Positions 19,973-29,270 of a stretch of DNA of 64,000 nucleotides are shown here, piece by piece. This stretch comes from an uncultured archaeon (GTDB lineage Archaea > Iainarchaeota > Iainarchaeia > Iainarchaeales > JAAZKV01). Below the pieces are notes generated by a model. That model ran no database searches and was not told the origin of the DNA. It saw only the letters and a list, made by a program, of their open reading frames with translations. Both the position numbers and the translations under genes were made by a program. Location: contig CAZOVD010000001.1 of the NCBI GenBank assembly GCA_964583285.1, positions 22,558-86,557 of the forward strand. The letters run 5' to 3'. The first letter of the stretch is position 1; each line of letters begins with the position of its first letter.

Positions 19973-20616
19973 CAATAACTATTTGTTGTTTGGTCATAAT
20001 AAAACTTTCGTTTGTGTAAAATATGCTTAGTATAATGCATTACTAACTCATAGCCAAGATCCCAAAAGAAGAATGCTATAAAAAATAATATGCTGTAAAA
20101 GTCAAGCAAAGCAAATATCAATACCATTAACTTCATTACAAACCTATATTCAAAAGACCAATGAATAATTTTTCCTAACAATCCTCTTTTGTAAATATTT
20201 TTTTTATCAATAAAATCATTACCAATTTCGTCGATTACTCCAGCAATAGATATTATTATCAATAATATTAGAAGAATCGGATCTAATATAAAATTCCAAT
20301 CACCTATAAAAAAATAAGCAAAATATACACTTATAACAGCAATTATAAACGCAATATTATCTATTTTTCCTTTTATTAAAACCCCAATAATTATTGCGGT
20401 TAAAAGTAATGCAGCTATTGAATCTAATGACATTACATAAGCCCAAAATATTGCTGTAATTGGAGCAACAATCAATGCTAATTTTCTAGGGTAAGCTTTC
20501 TCATCAAAAGCATCATCAATAAACTTTACTAATAATCCTAATAAAAAGAATGTTATAATAAAAAAAAATCCAGCACTTAGTCCATTAGACATTATTTCGT
20601 TTAAAAACAAAAACAT
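19972..20616 (-). CDS. Hypothetical multi-pass membrane protein
   Basis: About 6 TM helices with loop motifs KFIDDAFDE, KGKIDN, DEIGND, EYR. Confidence 0.7.
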   Translation of the reverse strand: MFLFLNEIMSNGLSAGFFFIITFFLLGLLVKFIDDAFDEKAYPRKLALIVAPITAIFWAYVMSLDSIAALLLTAIIIGVLIKGKIDNIAFIIAVISVYFAYFFIGDWNFILDPILLILLIIISIAGVIDEIGNDFIDKKNIYKRGLLGKIIHWSFEYRFVMKLMVLIFALLDFYSILFFIAFFFWDLGYELVMHYTKHILHKRKFYYDQTTNSY

Positions 20617-20627
20617 TTTTACACCAA

Positions 20628-21389
20628 TTATAATTCTGATTCTTTAAACTCTATTCCTGATTGTGCTAAGTCATATGCTAAAGTTGATTTTGTGTGTTTT
20701 GTATATCTCATTTTTCTAACGTCAAGGCTCCTATATTCTGCAGAACCAACCCCCACATAATGAAGTAAAACAACACCATCTGCAATAAACTCACTTATTC
20801 CATCAGCACTTAATTGTTTGTGATCTTCTGGAAGTTCAGTAGTTAATAATGTTGTAACTTTATAAATTCTCAATTTTTTAAATAAATGATATAACATAGT
20901 TTTAGACATTATTTGTTCAGTCCTTGGAATTGGATTTATTGTTTCAGCAATCTGAACCATTGAAAAACCCTTGTCTTCTAAAACACCTGAGACAAGCATT
21001 GCATCAGATAAAGTAGTAAGTGAATCAATTACTAATCTAGTTGGTTTAAAATCTTCTACAAAAGTACTTAATTTTTCAAGAAAAGAATCTCCTTCGGTTA
21101 CATCAAAATAAATTATTTTTAATAATTGTCTTTGCTCAAGCCCCTCAATATCCCAATTAAATCCTTTTGCTTGTTTATATAATTCTTCTCTATTTTGTTC
21201 TGTTGAAACATAAAGTGCTTTTTCTCCAAATAATGTTGCACCATTAACACAAAATTGTAAACAAAAAGTTGACTTTCCTGTTCCAGCTCCGCCAGAAATA
21301 AGAACAATATTTCCACTTGGGATTCCACCATTTAAAGCAGAATCAAGTCCTTGAATACCAGTTTTTGTTCTAATTAAATCTTGAGGCAT
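20628..21389 (-). CDS. KaiC-like single-domain RecA-superfamily ATPase
   Basis: TGIQGLD..GGIP, Walker A GGAGTGKST, Walker B RLVIDS, EFIADGVVLL, RKMR. Confidence 0.9.
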   Translation of the reverse strand: MPQDLIRTKTGIQGLDSALNGGIPSGNIVLISGGAGTGKSTFCLQFCVNGATLFGEKALYVSTEQNREELYKQAKGFNWDIEGLEQRQLLKIIYFDVTEGDSFLEKLSTFVEDFKPTRLVIDSLTTLSDAMLVSGVLEDKGFSMVQIAETINPIPRTEQIMSKTMLYHLFKKLRIYKVTTLLTTELPEDHKQLSADGISEFIADGVVLLHYVGVGSAEYRSLDVRKMRYTKHTKSTLAYDLAQSGIEFKESEL

Positions 21390-21623
21390 ATTATATAGAA
21401 TAAAAAACTAGTATTTAAAGATTAACTATTACTAGAACTTGCAGATACTTTAAGAGAACAAACTTTAAAATATTTTAGATAGCCAAATCTGAATTTCTAT
21501 TTTTTTTTAATTTTTTTTCTTTACAAAAATTTTTCTTCTTTTTTTATTAACCCAACACTTTTAAACAAGATTATATTTTTGAGAAATTAATGCTAATAAA
21601 AAATACTACAAAATAATAAAAAC

Positions 21624-23186
21624 TTAGTTGACTTGTGAGAATAATTTTTTTACTTTATCTTTTCCTATTGTAAATATGAATCCTGATAATTGTGGACCAA
21701 AATTTTTATTTATTAAAACTAAATATGCTGCTCCAAAAAAATCTTTAAGACTTAGACTATTATTATCAGCTACTTCTTTAAATATTGGAATTATTTCTTC
21801 TTCTTTTTCAACATTCATCTTGTTTGAAAGTTCTTTTAAAGCATTTTTTTGATTATCACTTAATTTATCAAGAATTTCTTTTGAAATATTTTCTTGAACA
21901 CTAAACTTAAACTGATCTTCAGCATAATTTTCAAGCCAATAACTAGCTCGCTTAAACATTTCTTCAAAATATTTTTCATCAGTAACAGATAATTGTTTTT
22001 TTATTTTTTCTTTATCCCCTTGAAATATTTGAATTAATGAAGTCATATGTCTAAAATCAATTTGTGAAGGAATTTCTTTTTTAATTTCAATAGAACTTAA
22101 TTCATAAATTCTTTTATTTAATTCAAAGTCTTCTACGCTACAATCTTCTTTTTTAAAATAAATTCTTTCAAGTTTTTGAAACTCACTATATAATCTAAAT
22201 ACATCCATCCCTTCAAAACTTATTTCAAAATATTTTTTTGGAAGGCGTGTTGTAAAAATATATCTTACAAGTTCTGGAAAATAAACAGAAAGCATTTCCT
22301 CTAAATTTATAGTATTCCCTTTTGAGGAAGACATTTTTCCACCCATTCCTTTTATTGAAATAAATTCATACATTACATGTTTTGGTGGATTTTTATTCCA
22401 AATTTCTTTAACAATTTCTTCAGCAGTAGTATTACTTCCGCCAGCACTAGAGTGTTCTTTTCCAGAAGGTTCAAAATCAACACCTTCATATGCCCATCGC
22501 ATAGGCCAATCTACGCGCCAAAGAAGTTTTATTATTCCTTTTTCTCTAATATCAAATTCATTTTCAAAACCACATTTACATAAATACTTTACTTTGTATT
22601 CTTCATCATAAGAAATTACTTTTGTATTATCAGTACCACATTTTTCACAAAAAATACTTACTGGAAACCAGTTTTCACTTAAAGCTTCTTTTCTATATTT
22701 ATCAAGAATTTTTTTTATTTCTTTTCTTTTTTGCATTGCAATTTTTATTTGACTAGCATACTCACAAGCTCTATATTTTTTTACTTGAGAAATAAAATGT
22801 GGATTAACTCCAACTAATGGTAAAAATTTTTCAACAGTAACTTCATTATGTCTTGCATAACTTTCTTCTTTTCCAAAAGGATCAGGTACATCAACTATAG
22901 GATATCTTAAATATTTTTTTAACTCATCTTGTTTTGGCATATTTAATGGAACTTTTCTAAAAACATCATAATTATCCCAAGAATAAATAAATCTTACTTT
23001 TTTTCCTTTATTTAACAAAGCTTTTACTACTAAATCACTTGTAATAGTTTCACGAAAATTGCCTATGTGCACTACCCCTGATGGAGTAATCCCTGAAGCT
23101 ACAACATAACTTTCTTTGTCATTTTCTTTTATTAATTCATCGGCAATCTTGTCAGCCCAATGTATTTTTTGTTCTTCATTTTCCAT
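21624..23186 (-). CDS. lysS: Lysyl-tRNA synthetase, class I
   Basis: HWAD, SGITPSGVVHIGNFRE, WRVDWPMRW, EPSGKEH, KMSSSKG. Confidence 0.96.
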   Translation of the reverse strand: MENEEQKIHWADKIADELIKENDKESYVVASGITPSGVVHIGNFRETITSDLVVKALLNKGKKVRFIYSWDNYDVFRKVPLNMPKQDELKKYLRYPIVDVPDPFGKEESYARHNEVTVEKFLPLVGVNPHFISQVKKYRACEYASQIKIAMQKRKEIKKILDKYRKEALSENWFPVSIFCEKCGTDNTKVISYDEEYKVKYLCKCGFENEFDIREKGIIKLLWRVDWPMRWAYEGVDFEPSGKEHSSAGGSNTTAEEIVKEIWNKNPPKHVMYEFISIKGMGGKMSSSKGNTINLEEMLSVYFPELVRYIFTTRLPKKYFEISFEGMDVFRLYSEFQKLERIYFKKEDCSVEDFELNKRIYELSSIEIKKEIPSQIDFRHMTSLIQIFQGDKEKIKKQLSVTDEKYFEEMFKRASYWLENYAEDQFKFSVQENISKEILDKLSDNQKNALKELSNKMNVEKEEEIIPIFKEVADNNSLSLKDFFGAAYLVLINKNFGPQLSGFIFTIGKDKVKKLFSQVN

Positions 23187-23266
23187 AAATAAAATCAACT
23201 ACATTTAATTAAAAAAACTACCCATTTTTACAAAAGCTTTTATTCTATACTAGGCATATTTTAATT

Positions 23267-24016
23267 ATGCCAAGAGTAAATGTAAAAAGTTTAAGTAAAG
23301 CTAGAAAAAAACTTAAAAAAGACGGCCCAATAGTTAGAACAAAAACTGGGTTAATTACCAAAAAAAATACTTTAAGAGTTATTAATAGGTGGAGTAAACA
23401 AAAAGGATATACAATTGAATCTCCAGATAAAATAATTAGAAATGTAAAAAATAAAGGTAAATTTTTAGATATTAATTCAGTTAGTGTAACAGCAAGGCTT
23501 GCACAAAGGGATCTTTTAAATGGACTAAAATCTTTTAAATTAAAAAAAGAAGAAATTTTAACTATTGAAAGATTACTTAGCCAAAGAATACAAAAAATAC
23601 CAAATACAAACATAAATATTCGACAAGAAACGCCTATTTTATATATGAAACTTTTAAATCAAGTTGGGGAAAAAAAAACAAATGATATTTTAAGAAAACT
23701 TAATAAAAGAAGTATTGCAATAAGAGACTTGTCACAAAAAGAAATAAGGAAAAAAAATGTTAAAAGCGATGTTTTTATTAATATTAGCCAAATAATTAAC
23801 CCATTAATGGTAGAATTTGAAATGGAAATGTATAATAAAAATGACTTTTTAAAAAGAATAAATTCACTTTATAAGGAAAAATTATCAGATATAGAACAAA
23901 TTAAATCTTTAGATATACCTAATAAAAAAACTTATGAAACTATTTTAAGAAATCAATTAAAAGAAATTGTTTTTGAAAGAGTTAAATTTTGTATTGACCA
24001 CAATTTACATGTATAA
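23267..24016 (+). CDS. Hypothetical basic protein
   Basis: 249-aa ORF filling the gap; no recognisable motif. Confidence 0.6.
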   Translation: MPRVNVKSLSKARKKLKKDGPIVRTKTGLITKKNTLRVINRWSKQKGYTIESPDKIIRNVKNKGKFLDINSVSVTARLAQRDLLNGLKSFKLKKEEILTIERLLSQRIQKIPNTNINIRQETPILYMKLLNQVGEKKTNDILRKLNKRSIAIRDLSQKEIRKKNVKSDVFINISQIINPLMVEFEMEMYNKNDFLKRINSLYKEKLSDIEQIKSLDIPNKKTYETILRNQLKEIVFERVKFCIDHNLHV

Positions 24017-24072
24017 ATTGTTACATATAAAAACAATTATTTATTATTAATAAAACAAAATATCAATATATT

Positions 24073-24099
24073 ATGAAAAAGTTTGTCTGGAGTTTATAA
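24073..24099 (+). CDS. Putative Trp leader peptide MKKFVWSL
   Basis: ATG AAA AAG TTT GTC TGG AGT TTA TAA, 154 nt upstream of trpB; Trp codon lies in a 13-bp stem. Confidence 0.55.
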   Translation: MKKFVWSL

Positions 24100-24202
24100 A
24101 CAATCTAATTTTAATAATAGACTTCAGACTAGCTCACCAAAATTAAATAAATTAACTTGTTTTTTAAAAAAATTATTTTTAATAAATGGTTTGACTTTTT
24201 GG
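24080..24202 (+). promoter_or_regulatory. Attenuator-like alternative RNA structures upstream of trpBA-trpS
   Basis: 24085-24097 pairs with 24117-24129 (two G-U); 24124-24131 can instead pair with 24187-24194; U-tract at 24196-24200. Confidence 0.5.
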
Positions 24203-24252
24203 CAACAATAACTAATTCTAAAATTTATTTAAATAAAAAGGAGATGAAAGAA

Positions 24253-25404
24253 ATGAAAAAATATGGGGAATTTGGAGGAATGTTTGTTCCTGAAATGATG
24301 GTTAGTCCATTAAAAGAAATTGATGAAGAATTTGAAAAAATAAAGAAAAGTAAAGAGTTTAAAAAAGAATTAAATTTTTTATTAAAAGAATTTGTTGGAA
24401 GACCAACGCCACTTTACTTTTCGAAAAATATGTCAAAAGATATTGGTTGTAAAATTTATTTTAAAAGAGAAGATCTTTTGCATAGTGGAGCACATAAAAT
24501 AAATAACACTATAGGACAAGCGCTTCTTGCAAAAAAATTAGGAAAAAAAGAAATAATTGCAGAAACTGGTGCAGGGCAACATGGCGTTGCAAGTGCTATA
24601 GCTGGAACTATTGTTAAATTACCAGTGAAAGTATTTATGGGCAGTATTGATATTAAAAGACAAAAAATGAATGTTTATAGAATGAAACTTTTTAATGCAG
24701 AAGTTATTAGTGCAGAAAGTGGATCAAAAACTCTTAAAGACGCAGTTAATGAAGCACTGCGATATTATCTTGCAAATAGTAAAAATTGTTATTATTTAAT
24801 TGGAAGTGTTGTTGGCCCAAGTCCTTACCCAAAAATAGTTAGATATTTTCAAAAAATAATTAGTAAAGAAATAAAAAAACAAATCTTAAAAAAAGAAGGA
24901 AAACTTCCAACACACATTATTGCCCCAGTTGGTGGAGGAAGTAATGCAATAGGGGCATTTGATTATTTTATTAAAAATAAAAAAATAAAATTAATTGGAG
25001 TTGAAGCAGGAGGAGATAATATAAGACATGGTGCAACATTAACAAAAGGAAAAATTGGTGTTTTTCAAGGAATGAAATCATATATTTTAGCTGATAAAAA
25101 TGGACAAATAAAAGAAGCACATAGTATTTCAGCAGGCCTTGATTATCCTGGAGTTGGAGCAATTCACTCTTATTTAAAAGATAGCAAAAGAGCAACATAT
25201 GAAAGTATTACTGATAAAGAAGCAGTTAGTGCATTAAAATATCTTTCTCAAAATGAAGGAATACTGCCAGCGCTTGAAAGCGCGCATGCAGTAGCATATG
25301 TTCTAAAAAATAAAAAAAAATTTAAAAAAAGTGATATTGTAGTTATTAACATTTCTGGAAGAGGCGATAAGGATGTTGAACAACTTGTAAAGGAGGACAT
25401 ATAA
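24253..25404 (+). CDS. trpB: Tryptophan synthase beta chain (TrpB1 type)
   Basis: GEFGGMFVPE, GRPTPL, KREDLLHSGAHKINN, AETGAGQHG, GGGSNA, SISAGLDYPGVG, SGRGDKD; AGGAG RBS. Confidence 0.97.
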   Translation: MKKYGEFGGMFVPEMMVSPLKEIDEEFEKIKKSKEFKKELNFLLKEFVGRPTPLYFSKNMSKDIGCKIYFKREDLLHSGAHKINNTIGQALLAKKLGKKEIIAETGAGQHGVASAIAGTIVKLPVKVFMGSIDIKRQKMNVYRMKLFNAEVISAESGSKTLKDAVNEALRYYLANSKNCYYLIGSVVGPSPYPKIVRYFQKIISKEIKKQILKKEGKLPTHIIAPVGGGSNAIGAFDYFIKNKKIKLIGVEAGGDNIRHGATLTKGKIGVFQGMKSYILADKNGQIKEAHSISAGLDYPGVGAIHSYLKDSKRATYESITDKEAVSALKYLSQNEGILPALESAHAVAYVLKNKKKFKKSDIVVINISGRGDKDVEQLVKEDI

Positions 25405-26177
25405 TGTTTAAAAAAAATATATTTATGCCATTTGTAGTTATTGGAGATACTGACTATCAAACATCAATTAAAATAATAAAAACTTTAATTGATAATGGTG
25501 CAGATGCTCTTGAACTTGGTTTTGCATTTAGTGACCCAATAGCTGATGGTGCAGTAATACAAAAAGCAAATAAAAGAGCTCTTGATAATAAAATAACTAA
25601 TAAAAAAAACTTTGAAATTTTAAAAGAAATTAGAAATTATTCTTCTATTCCCATTAGTTTAATGCTTAGTTATAACCTAGCACTTTTTTATGGGCTTGAT
25701 AACTTTTACAAAAAATGTAAAGAGCTTAAAATTGATGGCATTTTGTTCCCAGATGTTCCAATAGAAGAAAATAAAGAAATAAATTATTATTCAAAAAAAT
25801 TTAAAATAAATCAAATATATTTAATTGCAACAAATTCTAGTGAATTTAGAATAAAAAAAATCTGCAAATTTGCAAAAGGATATATTTATTTTGTTTCAAC
25901 ACTTGGAACTACTGGAGTTAGAAAAAAACTTGATAAAAAAATATCAAAAAAAATAAAACAAATAAAAAAATACACTAAATTACCAATCTATGTTGGTTTT
26001 GGAATAAGTGAACCAAAACACATAAAAGAAGTAATTAACATGGGTGCGGATGGAGCAATAAGCGGATCTGCAATTTGCAAAATAATTGAAGAAAACTTAA
26101 CTAATAAAAAACAAATAATAAAAACTATTGGAGAATTTTGCTATAAAATGCAAAAAGTAATAGAAAGAGAAAATTAA
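25404..26177 (+). CDS. trpA: Tryptophan synthase alpha chain
   Basis: LELGFAFSDPIADGAVIQ, PDVP, GTTG, VGFGIS, ADGAISGSA. Confidence 0.96.
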   Translation: MFKKNIFMPFVVIGDTDYQTSIKIIKTLIDNGADALELGFAFSDPIADGAVIQKANKRALDNKITNKKNFEILKEIRNYSSIPISLMLSYNLALFYGLDNFYKKCKELKIDGILFPDVPIEENKEINYYSKKFKINQIYLIATNSSEFRIKKICKFAKGYIYFVSTLGTTGVRKKLDKKISKKIKQIKKYTKLPIYVGFGISEPKHIKEVINMGADGAISGSAICKIIEENLTNKKQIIKTIGEFCYKMQKVIEREN

Positions 26178-26218
26178 AAAGGACAAGTGAGCTGAGTATT
26201 ATTAAAGAAAGTGATAAT

Positions 26219-27319
26219 ATGGGAAAAAAAGAAAAACCAATAATTGACCCGTGGGGAAAAACACTTATAGAAGACTATGCACGGCTCATAAAAGATTTTG
26301 GAATGCAAGAATTTAACATTAATATTATGCCAAACCCTAGCACTCAAATGAAAAGAGGAGTTATTTTTGGAGGACAAGATCTTGAAATAATTAGCCAAGC
26401 AATAAAAAACAAAAAACCATTTTATTGCTTAACTGGAATAATGCCATCAAATGAAAAAATACATCTTGGCACACAAAGTGTTATTGAACAAGTAAAATAT
26501 TATCAAGCAAATGGAGCACAAGTTTTTGTTTTAATTGCAGATGTTGAAAGTCAAGCTACACGCGGAGTTAGAATAGAAGATGGAAAAAAAAGAGCTCTTG
26601 ATTTTCATATACCAGCATATATTGCACTAGGACTTGATCCTAAAAAAACAAAATTTTATTTTCAAAGTGAGAATAAAGTAGTGAGTAATTTAGCTGCAAT
26701 TTGTTCTCAAAAGATAACTGAAAATGAATTTAGAGCAATTTATGGATCAGTACATCCAAGTAAAGTTATGAGTGCTTTTACACAAATGGGAGATATTCTT
26801 CACCCACAATTAAATAATCCTATGCCTGGAGTTATACCTGTTGGAATTGACCAAGCACCACATATTAGAATGTCACGAGATATTGCAAGAAGGTTAAAAA
26901 AAGAATATGGGTTTTTTACTCCAAGTGCAAGTTATAATAAATATACTCCTGCAATTGATGGTTCTTTTAAAATGAGTAAAAGCGAAGGAATTGGTTCTAT
27001 TGAAATACCTGAAAAAGATAGAAGTGTCCTTGAAAAAAAATTAAAAAAAGTTTTAACTGGAGGGCGTGCAACTAAGGAAGAACAAATCAAAAAAGGTGGA
27101 CAACCAGAAAAATGTGTTGCATTTGAATATTGTAAAAATCATTTTATTAAAAGTGATGAAGAACTAAAAAAAATGTATGATGAATGCAAAGGCGGAAAAA
27201 ATCTTTGCGGAGAGTGTAAACAAAAATATTTAATAACAAATGCAAATAAATTTTATGACGAATTTGATAAAAAATTTGAAAATGCTAGAAAAACAATTGG
27301 AACACTAAGGTTTGATTAA
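26219..27319 (+). CDS. trpS: Tryptophanyl-tRNA synthetase (archaeal type)
   Basis: IDPWG..DYARL..FG, TGIMPS..IHLG, PVGIDQAPH, KMSKS, TGGRAT, LCGECK. Confidence 0.95.
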   Translation: MGKKEKPIIDPWGKTLIEDYARLIKDFGMQEFNINIMPNPSTQMKRGVIFGGQDLEIISQAIKNKKPFYCLTGIMPSNEKIHLGTQSVIEQVKYYQANGAQVFVLIADVESQATRGVRIEDGKKRALDFHIPAYIALGLDPKKTKFYFQSENKVVSNLAAICSQKITENEFRAIYGSVHPSKVMSAFTQMGDILHPQLNNPMPGVIPVGIDQAPHIRMSRDIARRLKKEYGFFTPSASYNKYTPAIDGSFKMSKSEGIGSIEIPEKDRSVLEKKLKKVLTGGRATKEEQIKKGGQPEKCVAFEYCKNHFIKSDEELKKMYDECKGGKNLCGECKQKYLITNANKFYDEFDKKFENARKTIGTLRFD

Positions 27320-27320
27320 A

Positions 27321-28031
27321 ATGAGTGGAATAAATAGAATACACAGGCAAGATAGAAATTATGAAAAAAGATTTGTTAAAGTACCACACAGGAAAAAAAA
27401 TGTTAAACCAAGAATAACTGTGCCAAAAACAATTAAAGAACAAAAAGCACTAGTAAAGACTGTTAAAATAATTGCAAAAAAAATAGGACTTAAGCCAGCA
27501 AAAGAAGTTGGAACTGGAGTTGATTTTTATTTCACTATTAAAAAAGGAAAAACACTTATTAGAATACCAATTGATTTTAAGTTTTCATTTGGAAGTCATT
27601 TTGGAGCAGAGTTTATAAAAGTCAGAGTTACTCCTAAAGATAATGGCCCAAGACAATTAATTAATACTTCAAAATGGACTATGGTAGTTGATGAAAAAAA
27701 AGTTGTAACATTTTTTAGAACAAAAGCTATAAAGGAATACGTTTCAAAATTTTGGGGAAGAATAAATAAAACGCATCAAATTGATAAAATTGGATATGTG
27801 GAATACCCTGTTAATATTTCTGATATGCTTTATCAAACTGGTGAAAAACCAATCCAAGTTAGTTTAAATTCAAGAGATATATTAAATGCACTTAAAGAAA
27901 TAGAAAAAACTGAATTACCAAAAGATGAACCTAAAACATTCCCAAAAACAAAAGTAATTAATAAAAATGGAAATGGTAGAAAAACAATTATAAAACCAAC
28001 AATAAATAGAAAAGGAACTAGACATAAATAG
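27321..28031 (+). CDS. Hypothetical protein, PD-(D/E)XK-like motif, paralog A
   Basis: GVDF...IDFKFSFG; shares motifs with the next ORF. Confidence 0.6.
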   Translation: MSGINRIHRQDRNYEKRFVKVPHRKKNVKPRITVPKTIKEQKALVKTVKIIAKKIGLKPAKEVGTGVDFYFTIKKGKTLIRIPIDFKFSFGSHFGAEFIKVRVTPKDNGPRQLINTSKWTMVVDEKKVVTFFRTKAIKEYVSKFWGRINKTHQIDKIGYVEYPVNISDMLYQTGEKPIQVSLNSRDILNALKEIEKTELPKDEPKTFPKTKVINKNGNGRKTIIKPTINRKGTRHK

Positions 28032-28077
28032 AAATATTTATTAACTTTATTAACCTAATACTCACAAATAGAAATAG

Positions 28078-28713
28078 GTGATAATAATAGGATTTTTGTT
28101 TAGCAAAAACTACTTAGAAGAACAAGAACTCTATATCCCTAAAAAAAAATCTTTTAGAAAAAATATTCACAAAATCAACCCTAATTGTCTAAAACAAAAT
28201 TCACTTAGATCTAAATTAAAAAAAATTCTTCCAAATACTATGAAATATGTTGAAGATAATATTTATGGCATTGATTTTGAATATAACGGAATTACTATTG
28301 ACCAAAAATTTTGTTTTGGAGATCTTGGCAATAATGTAATAAAAATAAGAGTAAAAAATAGACGACTCATAAATAAAAGTGATTATACGATGTGTATAAA
28401 CGAAAATGAAGATATTTTAATTTTCAAAACTTCTCAACTTTCTCAATTTGTAAATAAAAACTGGGGAATAATTCAAAAAAACAGAATAGAAGAAAAAAAA
28501 AATTATGTAACCCACAAAGTAAATTTAAATGATTTTTATAGAATAAATAAAACGATATTGCACAAAACAATATTTAATAAAGATGAATTCAAATATACTC
28601 TTGATGAAATAATTGCAACAAATAATAAAAAAGAAGACATTAATTTTAAAAATAATAATTTCACAAATCTAATTAATGAAAAATTAAAAAATACTTATAA
28701 AAATGTTTTATAA
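28078..28713 (+). CDS. Hypothetical protein, PD-(D/E)XK-like motif, paralog B (start uncertain)
   Basis: GIDF...IDQKFCFG; shares motifs with the previous ORF. Confidence 0.6.
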   Translation: MIIIGFLFSKNYLEEQELYIPKKKSFRKNIHKINPNCLKQNSLRSKLKKILPNTMKYVEDNIYGIDFEYNGITIDQKFCFGDLGNNVIKIRVKNRRLINKSDYTMCINENEDILIFKTSQLSQFVNKNWGIIQKNRIEEKKNYVTHKVNLNDFYRINKTILHKTIFNKDEFKYTLDEIIATNNKKEDINFKNNNFTNLINEKLKNTYKNVL

Positions 28714-28734
28714 CTAACAAGATATTATTTTATT

Positions 28735-29235
28735 ATGATAAAAATAAAACTAGCAAACAAAAAAGATGCAGAATTTATATTAAAAATAATGAAAGATGAA
28801 GAAACTATTAATAACTTACCAAAACAGTTTCTTTTTACTAATTTAAAAGAAACGGAAGATAAACTTGAAAAATATAAGAAAATGTCTGCTAAAAAAAGTA
28901 GGTATTTTTTTATAGCTTTTAAAAATAATAAAAAAATAGGATTTTTAGACATATATAAAATATCTTGGGAAAACAAACATTGCTCAATTGGATATGCCAT
29001 ATCAAAAGAATTTAGAAAAAAAGGTTTTGCAAGTAAACTTTGTAAAATTGGAAATGACTTTATAAAAAATAATCTAAAATTACATGCCATTGAGGCAACA
29101 ATAAATCCAAAAAATATTATAAGTAAAAAAGTTCTGAAAAAAAATGGATTTAGAAAAGTTGGATTGATGAAAGATTATTATTTTGAAAATGGTGTGTTTG
29201 TTAATAGAGAACTTTACTGGAAAACACTTGATTAG
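28735..29235 (+). CDS. GNAT acetyltransferase, RimJ/RimL family
   Basis: IGYAISKEFRKKGFAS, NPKNIISKKVLKKNGF. Confidence 0.88.
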   Translation: MIKIKLANKKDAEFILKIMKDEETINNLPKQFLFTNLKETEDKLEKYKKMSAKKSRYFFIAFKNNKKIGFLDIYKISWENKHCSIGYAISKEFRKKGFASKLCKIGNDFIKNNLKLHAIEATINPKNIISKKVLKKNGFRKVGLMKDYYFENGVFVNRELYWKTLD

Positions 29236-29270
29236 CAAATATATAAAAATACAAAAATTATTTTAATATT

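Noticed and set aside
21390..21623. Possible gene remnant between kaiC and lysS
   Set aside because: Low-complexity A/T runs with no coherent reading frame.
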